NCBI GenBank assembly: GCA_030745835.1
Contig: JASLNU010000113.1
Location: 1,361-65,360 of the forward strand
Length of the DNA: 64,000 nt
Source of the DNA: Rhodospirillales bacterium
GTDB lineage: Bacteria; Pseudomonadota; Alphaproteobacteria; Rhodospirillales; UBA2165
Direction: 5' to 3'
The translations under genes were made by a program, and so were the position numbers. The notes below the pieces were generated by a model. That model saw only the letters and a program-made list of their open reading frames with translations, did not search any database and had not been told where the DNA came from. Positions 20,774 to 30,500 of the stretch are shown piece by piece (the first letter of the stretch is position 1; every line of letters begins with the position of its first letter).

Positions 20774-22009
20774 ATGAAGGCGGCGGACGTTCTGATAAAC
20801 GTAACGCCGGGGAAAACCCGGCTCGCCGCCCTTGAGGGCGGCAGGCTTATCGATCTGGTCTATGCGCGGGATATCTGGCGGGACCGGCTCGGCGACATTT
20901 ATTTGGGCCGCGTTACCGCCATATCCAAGCCCCTGAACGCTGCCTTCGTCGATATTGGCGCCGGCTAACCCGGTTTCCTCGGCGCCTCCGATGCGCAAAT
21001 CTTCGATCCGGCATCGCAAAAACCGGAACCCATCCAGCGTCTGTTCAACGAGGGCGATTCCGTTGCCGTCGAGGTCACCCGCGCCGCCATGGACGGCAAG
21101 GGCGCCAGGCTGACCACGAGGCTGAGCACGCGGTTGGCGCCGCCGATCGACGCAGGCACGGCAGCGGCCAAGGCGCCGGCGTTGTTGCGCGCCCGTCGCG
21201 ATCCGATCCTGAGGTATTTCTTAGAGCGGGCCGATGCCGGATGGCGGCGGGTGGTTATCGATGACCGCGCCGAATTGGCTCGCATCCGGGCGTTTGGCGA
21301 AGCGCGGCTGCAAGCATTGCCGGGCCTCTTGGAATTCCATGACGGGCCGGAACCATTGTTCGAAGCCGAGGGCGCCGAAGCGGATATCGACGAAATATGC
21401 GGCCCGGTGGTCCAGCTTGGCGGCGGCGGATCGCTGGTGATCGAGGAAACCAGCGCCTTGACGGCCATCGACGTCAATAGCGGTGGGCGCGCCGTGCCCG
21501 GCGATAAGAACCGCAACATGATGGATTTGAACATCGAAGCGGCGCGGGAAGCGGCGCGGCAAATACGCCTGCGTGACATCGGCGGTCAAATCCTGATCGA
21601 TTTTGCCGCCACCAAGCGGCGCCGGCAACGCGATCAATTGCTCGATGCCTTGCGGGCGGCGGCCGATGGCGATGCCGCCGAGGTTCGCGTCATCGGCTTT
21701 ACCCGGCTCGGACTGGTGGAACTGACCCGGCGGGCCAGCGGGCCGTCCTTGACGCGCCGCTTAATAGGCACGGATGGCCGGAAAACGGCGGAAACCGCTT
21801 TTTTCTGTCTGTTGCGTGACCTTTGGCGCTGGTCGCGCCATAATCCCGGCAAGGCCGCGCGGGCTTCGGTTTCCGGGGAAATAGAAGACCTGGCGCGGGG
21901 CCGCCTCAAGGCCGCGTTCGATGCGCTTGCCGGGCGCGTCAGGGTGGAAATCGAGGTATCGCCGGGCAACGAAGACGATTACCGGATAACCGGGGAAAAG
22001 GGAGCGTAA
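20774..22009 (+). pseudogene. rng: ribonuclease E/G family gene interrupted by one in-frame TAA (20966-20968)
   Basis: ORFs 20774-20968 (S1-like N-terminus: GDIYLGRVTAISKPLNAAFVDIGAG*) and 21089-22009 are in the same frame (both coordinates mod 3 = 2). Read-through gives ...DIGAG*PGFLGASD..., continuous with the RNase G core (LTAIDVNSGG, QIRLRDIGGQILIDF). maf-rng-yacG synteny. Confidence 0.6.
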
Positions 22010-22011
22010 TC

Positions 22012-22218
22012 ATGGCCACCGCAAGACGGCCAGATGGTCCGAAGAAGCGCCAGTGTCCGATGTGCGGCCAGCCCGCCGAAAGCGCCTACCGGCCCTTTTG
22101 CTCCAAGCGTTGCAAGGAGCTGGATCTGGGCAACTGGCTCAACGAATCCTATCGGGTGCCGGTGGTCGAAACCGACGATATGGACCCCGACGGCGAGGAT
22201 GACCAGTTCGAGGGTTAA
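22012..22218 (+). CDS. yacG: DNA gyrase inhibitor YacG (zinc finger)
   Basis: CPMCGQP...PFCSKRCKELDLGNWLNESYRVP: four-Cys zinc finger plus the conserved DLGxW motif. 68 aa. Confidence 0.85.
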   Translation: MATARRPDGPKKRQCPMCGQPAESAYRPFCSKRCKELDLGNWLNESYRVPVVETDDMDPDGEDDQFEG

Positions 22219-22254
22219 AGCCGCTACGATTGAACAGACAGGGACATTAATGAC

Positions 22255-23211
22255 ATGCATAAAGCCGCGATCCTGGACGATTACCAAAATGTGGCCCTCG
22301 GGTTCGCCGATTGGCGGCGGCTCGGCGGCGAGGTCGAGGTGACGGTCTTCAACGATCATCTGTCGGGCGAGGAGGCCATCGCCAAACGGCTGCGGGATTT
22401 TGACATTCTGGTCCTCAACCGGGAAAGAACGCCGATCCCGGAAACTCTTTTGCTTCGATTGCCCAATCTGAAACTGATGACCACCAGCGGCATGTACAAC
22501 CGTTCGGTGGACATGGAAGCGGCGCGGGCGCGCGGCATCGATGTCTGCGGCACCGAAATGAAAAGCGCTTCGACGCCGGAATTAACCTGGGGCCTGATCC
22601 TGGCACTGGCCCGTCAAATTCCGCGCGAGGACCAAAATGTCCGCGCCGGGCGCTGGCAGGAAACGGTGGGCGTCGGGCTGGCGGGCAAGGTGCTGGGCAT
22701 CATCGGCCTCGGCAAGTTGGGCACGCCGGTGGCGCGTATCGGGCAGGCGTTCAACATGGAGGTCATCGCCTGGAGCCCCAATCTGACGCAGGAACGCGCC
22801 GACGAAGTGGGTGTCCGCTGCGTGGACAAAGACACGCTGATGTCGAGCGCCGATTTTATCACCCTGCATATGCCCTTGAGCGAACGCAGCCGGGGCATCC
22901 TGCAAGCGGACGATCTCGCCAAGATAAAAAGCACGGCTTTTTTGATTAATACCTCGCGCGGGCCGCTGATTGACGAAGGCGCGCTGATCGATGCCTTGCA
23001 GAGGAAATTATTCGCCGGCGCCGGGCTCGATGTCTACGATGTCGAACCTTTGCCCGCCGACCATCCGATCCGGCGCCTGGACAACACCGTTTTGACCCCC
23101 CATTTGGGCTATGTTTCGCGTGATACCTACGAAACCTCTTTCGCGCAAACGGTGGACAATATCGAAGCCTGGCTGAAGGGAACGCCCCAGCGTCTGATCA
23201 ATGGCGTTTAA
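22255..23211 (+). CDS. D-isomer-specific 2-hydroxyacid dehydrogenase family protein
   Basis: NAD-binding GKVLGIIGLGKLGTPVA, FLINTSRGPLID, TPHLGY. 318 aa. Confidence 0.8.
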   Translation: MHKAAILDDYQNVALGFADWRRLGGEVEVTVFNDHLSGEEAIAKRLRDFDILVLNRERTPIPETLLLRLPNLKLMTTSGMYNRSVDMEAARARGIDVCGTEMKSASTPELTWGLILALARQIPREDQNVRAGRWQETVGVGLAGKVLGIIGLGKLGTPVARIGQAFNMEVIAWSPNLTQERADEVGVRCVDKDTLMSSADFITLHMPLSERSRGILQADDLAKIKSTAFLINTSRGPLIDEGALIDALQRKLFAGAGLDVYDVEPLPADHPIRRLDNTVLTPHLGYVSRDTYETSFAQTVDNIEAWLKGTPQRLINGV

Positions 23212-23229
23212 TCAACGGCGCCTGAACAT

Positions 23230-24198
23230 TCAACGTTTGGCTTCCAGTTCCTTGACCTTGGTGCGCGCCTTGCCGTACTGGCGGTCGGCGGAAACCCGGT
23301 ACCATTTTAAAGCTTCACCCATGTCCTGCTTGACGCCCAGGCCCTTTTCATAGATGCGGCCGAGCTCGAACGACGCGATCCGGTGGCCCCGGTTGGATGC
23401 CACCCGCAAAAGCCGCAAGGCTTCCTTGGGATCCTTGGGAACCCCCAGCCCATCCAGATACAAGAGCCCCATGCCGTAATAGGCGGATGTGTATTTGCCG
23501 TTCTGCGCGAACCGGTACCAGCGTTCGGCCTGGGTGTAATCCTTCTTGAAGTATTTTCCCTTGTGGTACATCTCGCCAAGCAGGTATTGGGCGCGGGGAT
23601 AGTTCTTGCGCGCCGCCAGCTTATATTGGCGCGCCGCTTCCTTCATGTTTTTCTTGGTGCCGCGGCCCTTTTCATAAAGCCGGCCAAGCTCGAATATGGA
23701 TTGGGCGTGCCCGGCCTTGGCCGCCTCGCTGTAAAGCTTGAAGGCGATGGCGTTGCTTTTCTTGACGCCCAACCCGTAGCGGTGAAGATAGGCCAGATTG
23801 GCCTTTGCCGTGTTGCTCTTGGACGAAGCCCTTTTGTACCAATAACCGGCGCGTTTGTAGCTTCGTTTCAGGCCCTCGCCGCGCCGGTACATAGAGCCCA
23901 GATTATTCATGGCGCTGATATGGCCCTGCTCGGCCGCCAGCGTGTACCATTGCCGGGCCTTGCCATGGTCCTGTGGAACGCCGCGGCCATGGTGATACAT
24001 AAGCGCGATATTATATTGCGAGGCGGCGTGGCCATCCAATGCCAGCGCCCGGAACTCGCGTAGCGCGGTCGCGAAATCCTGCTTCTGCGCGGCCTGCAGA
24101 CCTTTCTTGTAGTCGGCCGAATGGGACTGCGTTATTGCTCCAAAGCACAGTCCGGCAAGAATCAAAACGGAATAAATAAATTTCGGCCTAAACATCAC
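23230..24198 (-). CDS. Sel1-like repeat (SLR/TPR-like) protein with signal peptide
   Basis: N-terminal hydrophobic signal (FIYSVLILAGLCFGAITQSHSA), then about 7-8 repeats of the ~36-aa pattern A..WY..AA.QG...A...LG.MY..G.GV..D. Divergent from the giant adhesin gene. Confidence 0.85.
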   Translation of the reverse strand: MMFRPKFIYSVLILAGLCFGAITQSHSADYKKGLQAAQKQDFATALREFRALALDGHAASQYNIALMYHHGRGVPQDHGKARQWYTLAAEQGHISAMNNLGSMYRRGEGLKRSYKRAGYWYKRASSKSNTAKANLAYLHRYGLGVKKSNAIAFKLYSEAAKAGHAQSIFELGRLYEKGRGTKKNMKEAARQYKLAARKNYPRAQYLLGEMYHKGKYFKKDYTQAERWYRFAQNGKYTSAYYGMGLLYLDGLGVPKDPKEALRLLRVASNRGHRIASFELGRIYEKGLGVKQDMGEALKWYRVSADRQYGKARTKVKELEAKR

Positions 24199-24419
24199 TA
24201 ACCTCGTCTAGGATTTTAGTATTGTCATCTCGTTATCTTGGTCGACTCGGTTCGGCCTTAACACAGCCTTGAATAAATTATAATTGTTGAAATCACCAAT
24301 TTTACCAACCGCTTCGCATTTACCGGAACAATAAGGCAATCCCAGGGCGTTTTCAAAAACCGCCAAATCCAATCGATCGAGTTTATAATTTAATATATAT
24401 AATTCAGACGGTTACAAGG

Positions 24420-24435
24420 TGTGATGACCGTCACA
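24420..24435. promoter_or_regulatory. perfect CRP/FNR-type palindrome TGTGATGACCGTCACA upstream of the giant adhesin gene
   Basis: TGTGA-N6-TCACA read directly, in the AT-rich intergenic region 115 nt before ATG 24550. A possible -10 (TAGATT, 24457-24462) would centre the site near -41.5 (class II geometry). A near-identical site lies at 41470-41485. Confidence 0.45.
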
Positions 24436-24549
24436 GCAGCATCCCGCCAAGAGGCTTAGATTGAAGCTATCGAATTATGCGCGCCACCCGCCGGCGGAGA
24501 ATCGGATTTTACGGCGGACGCGGGCGCGCCTTGGCGAGAGGGTGCCGAT

Positions 24550-27500
24550 ATGGCTGACGAAATTATCCGAGACGACGAAAACCTGACCTTGGCCGATGAT
24601 GACGGCGCGGGCGGACAAAGCATTACCGTAGAGGTTGGCGCCGATGGCGCCGTGATGCTGCCCGAGGGCGTTAACTTCGGCACCGCCGATTTCGCCCAAT
24701 CGGGATCGGACCTGATACTGACCGGTCCGGATGGCACCCAGGTCGTTGTCGAAGGTTATTTCGATTCTGAATCGGCGCCGATGCTCAGGACCCCGGGCGG
24801 CAGCGAATTGCCGGGCGAAACGGCAACCCATCTGGCGCGTGTCTTGTCGCCAAGCCAGGAAGTGGCGCAGGCGGCGCCCAGCGCCGATGCCCAGCCGATC
24901 GGCCAGGTCGAAAGCGTAACCGGCACCGTCGTCGCCATCCGCGCCAACGGCGAGCGCGTCGAGCTGCAAGCCGGCGATCCGGTGTTCCAAGGCGATGTGC
25001 TGCAATCGGGCGAAGAAGGCGCCATCGGTATCGTGTTGGCCGACGAAACCACCTTTTCCATGGCCGAAAACGGGCGCATGGTTTTGGACGAAATGGTCTA
25101 TGACCCGGGCACCCAGGAAGGCAGCATTTCGATGTCGGTGCTGCAGGGCGTGTTCACCTTCGTTTCCGGCCAGGTGGCCAAGGTCGATCCCGATGCCATG
25201 ACCCTGAAGACGCCGGTGGCGACCATTGGTATCCGCGGAACGCAAGTTGGTATCGATTTGCGCGATACCGGCACGGGCGAGCCGGACCTTAGAGTCGTGC
25301 TGATGGAAGAATCCGACGGTTTCGTCGGCGAAGTGGTAATTTCCAACGCCGGCGGCATCCAGATCCTCAATCTGCCCGATCAGGGCTCTTCCGTCAGCAG
25401 CGCCACTTCGGCGCCGGCCGAACCGCGCGTATTGCAACGCAGCGAAATCCGCGAATCCTACGGCGAAGCATTGGATTCCCTGCCGACAGCGGTCGGCACC
25501 GGCAACAATTACGGTTCCCGCGAAGACGAAGCCCAGGAACAGGAACAAGAAGAGGAACAACAGCAGGAAGAAGGAGAGGAAGCTGCCGACGAATTCGCCG
25601 AAACCGAAGGCGGTGGCGAAGGCGAAGGCGAAGACCTGGACGATTTCGAAACCGCCGCCGGCGGAGAGGAAGAAGAAGAAGAAGGCGAGGGCGAGGAAGA
25701 AGATGGCTTAGTCGACCTTGCCGCCGAAGAAGAGGCTGCCGCTGAAGCCGCCGCCGCCGAAGCCGCCGCCGAAGCTGCCGCCGCCGCGGCTGCGGCCGAG
25801 GAAGCCGCCGCCGCCGAAGCCGCGGCCGCGGCCGCCGATGCCGCCGCCGAGGCCGCCGCGCAGGCGGCCGCCGATGCCGCCGCCGCCGCCGCGCGCGCCG
25901 CCGCGCAGGCTGCCGCCGATGCCGCGCGCGCCGCCGCCGAGGCCGAAGCAGCGCGTATCCAAGCCGAAATCGATGCCGAAAACGCGGTTGCCGATCTGGC
26001 CACCGTGAAGATTGATGTGGCGCAGGGTGATGAAGATACCGCCATAGATCTGGCCATCAACGCCACCATGGGCGGTACATCGGACCGATTGGAAAGCGTT
26101 ACCGTCGATAATATCCCCGAGGGCGCGACCATCAGCCTTGATGGCGTTGAACTGCTATTGACCGATAATAATGACGGCACCTACAGCGTTACCTTGGAAC
26201 CCAGCCAGCTGACCGGCCTGACCGTCACCCCGGCGCTCGATGAAAATGCGGACTTCACGCTCGAGGTCAGAGCCACCTCCATCGATCCCGACTCCGGCGT
26301 CACCGCGACCACCAGGCCGAGCACCCTGGATGTCACCGTTGACGCCACGGTCGATCCGGCGGTGGTAACCGCGGTTCCCGGCGAAGGCTATGAAGACGCC
26401 CCCATCCAGTTGGATGTTTCCACCTTCCTTGCCGACGCCGACGGCACTGTTACCAGTATCGCCATCGACAACATCCCCGACGGTGCGACGCTGACCTATG
26501 TCGACGAAACCGGCGCCACCGTCGAGATCGTCATCACCGATGGCAGCGTGACACTATCTCCCGATCAGTTGAACGGCCTGATGATCACGCCGCCCTCCGA
26601 TGACGCCCATGATTTCAACCTGGACGTGACCGCCACGGCGACCGACATCGATCCCGATATGGTCGAGGAAGCCGCCGCCGCCGATGCCGCGGCCGCTGAA
26701 GCCGCAATCGCCGAAACGCAGGCGATCGCCGCCTCCGATGCCGCCGATTTGGCCGTGCCCGAAGCGCAAACCGCCGCCGACGAGGCCGCCGCCGCCCTCG
26801 CCGGTGCCGACGCCGATGCGACCGATGCCAATATCGCCGAGCTGCAAGCCGCTGTGGACGCCGCCGACACCGCACTCGCAGACGCCAAGAAAGCCGCTTC
26901 CGATGCCGAAACCGCCGAAGTCGACGCCATCGCCGCGTCCGATGCAGCCGATGACGTGGCCGCCGGCTACGAATTGACCGTCGCCGCCATCGAAGCCATG
27001 GCCGAAGCCGATGCCGCCGCCGAGGCCGTCGTCGATGCTAATACCGCTCTCGATGCCGCCGAAGCTGCCGCGACCGCCGCCGATCTTGCCGAAACCCAAG
27101 CCATCGCCGCCTCTGATGCCGCCGATCTAGCGGTGACCGAGGCGCAGACCGCCGTCGATGAAGCCAGCGCCGCCCTCGCCGATGCCAAACGCAATGAAGT
27201 CGACGAGTTAGAGGCCGCTCTGGCCGACGCCGAAGCCGTGCTCGCCGATGCCGAGGCTGCCGCTACTGCCGCCGAAACCGCCGAAGACGACGCCATCGCC
27301 GCCTCCGATGCCGCCGATGCGAACGTCACCGATGCCGAAACCGCGGTCACCACCGCCGAAGCCCATGCCGAATCTACCGCCGCCGCGGCTGACGATGCCG
27401 TCATTGCCGCTGCCGAGGGCGATGCCACCGGCCTGGTCACCAGCACCAGCGAAACCCAATCGCAAACCGTCGAGGTGATCGCTACCGTCGATGCGCCGGT

Positions 27501-30500
27501 TGTCACTGTGGATGATGCCTCCGGCTTGGAAGATACGGCGATCGATCTGGATTTGACCGCTACCGTCGATACCGCCGGTATCCCCGACGGCACGCTGGAC
27601 AGCGTCACCATCACCGATATTCCCGAAGGCGCGGTCATCAGCCTTGATGGCGTTGATCTGGCATTGACCGATAATGGCGACGGCACCTCCAGCGTCACCC
27701 TCGCGCCCGGCCAACTGACCGGCCTGACCATCACCCCGGCCCAGGACGACGCCCACGATTTCGCCGTCACCGTTACCGCCACGGCGGTCGATATCGATCC
27801 TGATTTTCAGATCGCCGTCGATAATGCCGAAGCCGCTGCCGCCGAAGCCGCAACCGCCCTTACCGCCGCCGAAGCCGCCGCCGGCGTTGCCGCGACCGCC
27901 GAAACCGACGCCATCGCCGCGTCCGATGCCGCCGATTTGGTGGTCACCGAAGCGCAGACCGTCGCCGACGATGCCGCCGCCGCCCTCGCCGATGCCGGCG
28001 AGGATGCGACACCTGCCGAGATCGCCGAGTTGCAAGCCGTCGTGGACGACGCCGAAGCCGCGCTCGCGGTCGCTACCGCCGACGCCGCCGAAGCCGAAAC
28101 CGCCGAAACCGACGCCATTGCCGCATCCGATGCTGCCGATCTGGCTGTCACCGAGGCGCAAACCGCTGTCACCGCCGCCGATACCGAGGTTGCGGACGCC
28201 ACCGCCGCACGCGATGCCGGCGGGATTTCCAACACCAGCGAACCCATATCCCTGGATGTCGAGGTCAACGCCACCGTCGATGCGCCGGAGGTGGTGGATA
28301 TCGCCGCCCGCGGCGACGAAGACGCGGCGATCCCGTTGGATATAAACTCGGCCATCAGCCTCGATACAGAGGGGATCATCGACGGCACCCTCGACAGTGT
28401 CAGCATCACCAATATTCCCGATGGCGCCACCATGAGCTATGTGGATGACGCCGGCGCGGCCCAGTCGATCACCATCACCGGCGGCGGCGCGACCCTGACG
28501 CCCGCCCAATTGGATGGCCTGACCATCACGCCGCCTTCGGACGACGCCGGTGACTTCAATCTGAGCTTCACCGCGACGGCAACCGATACGGATCCCGATA
28601 CCGGCGCCGTCGTCACCAATACCAGCGCCGCGCAGACCCTGGCGGTAACCGTCGATGTTACCGTCGATGCGCCGGGTGTCGTGGATACCGCTACCCGCGG
28701 CGACGAAGACGCGGCGATCCCGCTGGATATCAACACGGCGATCACCATGGATACGGAGGGTATCATCGACGGCACCCTCGACAGTGTTTCGATCACCGAT
28801 ATTCCGGATGGCGCCGTGTTGATGAGCGGCGGCGTGGCCATCACCCTGACCGGACCGGACGCGACGACCGGTCTTTTCAGCGCCGAGTTAACGCCCGATC
28901 AGTTGGCCGGCCTGACCATCACGCCGGCCTCGGACGACGCCGGTGACTTCAACCTGAGCTTCACCGCGACGGCGACCGACACCGATCCCGATTCGGGCGT
29001 CGTGGTCACCAATACCAGCGAAGCACATTCGCTGACGGTGACGGTGGATGCCACCGTCGATGCGCCGGAAGTCGTGGACACCGCCGCCCGCGGCGACGAA
29101 GACGCGGCGATCCCGCTCGATGTTGCCGGCGCCATCAGCCTTGATACCGAGGGCATCATTGATGGCACCCTCGACAGCGTTGCCATTACCGATATTCCAG
29201 ACGGCGCCGTGTTGATGAGCGATGGCGTGGCCATCACCTTGACTGGCCCAGATGCGACGACCGGTCTATTCAGCGCCGAGTTAACGCCCGATCAGTTGGC
29301 CGGCCTGACCATCACGCCGGCCCAGGACGACGCCAATGATTTCGACCTGAGCTTCACCGCCACGACCACCGACACCGACCCCGATTCGGGCGTCGTGGTC
29401 ACCAATACCAGCGAGGCACATTCGCTGACGGTGACGGTGGATGCCACCGTCGATGCGCCGACTGTGACCGACGCCGCCGCCGCCGGCGACGAAGACACCG
29501 CCATCCCGTTGGATGTTGCCTCGGCGATCAGCGTCGATGTGGCCGACGGTTCGCTCGACAGCGTCGATGTCACCAATATCCCGGCGGGCGCCAGCCTGAC
29601 CTATGTGGACGGCAGCGGCGCGACGCAGCAAATTGCCATTGTCGATGGCAGTGCGACCCTGACGCCCGATCAGCTAAGCAGCTTGGCGATCACGCCGCCG
29701 GCCGACGATGCCTCTGATTTCACCTTGAGCTTCACCGCCACGACCACCGACACCGATCCCGATACCGGCAACAGGGTCACCAACACCAGCACGGCGCAAT
29801 CGCTGGTGATTGCCGTGGCGGCGACCGCCGATGCGCCCGATGTTTCGGTTGACGACGCGGCGGGCTCCGCAAATACCCCCATCGCGCTGGATATCGCGGC
29901 GACGGTGGACGTCGGCGACGATATCCTCGAAAGCGTCACCATCGCTGATATCCCGCCTGGCGCCACCCTGACTTATGTGGACGCTACCGGCGCCACCCAG
30001 GAAATCACCATCGCCGGTGACAGTGCGATCCTGACGCCGGAGCAGTTGAACGGCTTGGCGGTGACGCCGGCCGCCGGCGATACGACGGATTTCAATCTCA
30101 GCGTTTCCGCGACGGCGTCGGATACCGATCCCGACACCGGTGAAACCGTAACCAGCACCAGCCAGCCGGTGACGCTGAACGTCGATATAACCAGCGGCAA
30201 TGTCGCGCCGGTGGCCACCGACGATACGGATGCGGTCGGCGACGATATCGGCGACACCGTAACGGGTAATGTTTTGAGCAACGACTTCGATCTTGACGGC
30301 GATGTATTGAACGTCACGCAGGTTGAATTCGAAGGCACCGTCCATCAATTCCCCGAAGGTGAGGATTCGCTCACCATCGAAGGCGACCTTGGTACGCTGG
30401 TCATCGGCTCCGATGGCACCTACACCTATACCAAGGGCGAGTTTGAGAATGATTGGGCCGAGGGAACGCCGACGTGGGTTCCTCCGCAGGAGCAGCAGGA

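Noticed and set aside
24475-25560. 361-aa minus-strand ORF overlapping the adhesin 5' end, and Pro/Ala-rich alternative-frame ORFs at 25509-26180
   Set aside because: These are artefacts of GC- and GCC-rich low-complexity sequence. They have no start context or motifs and overlap the well-supported adhesin frame.
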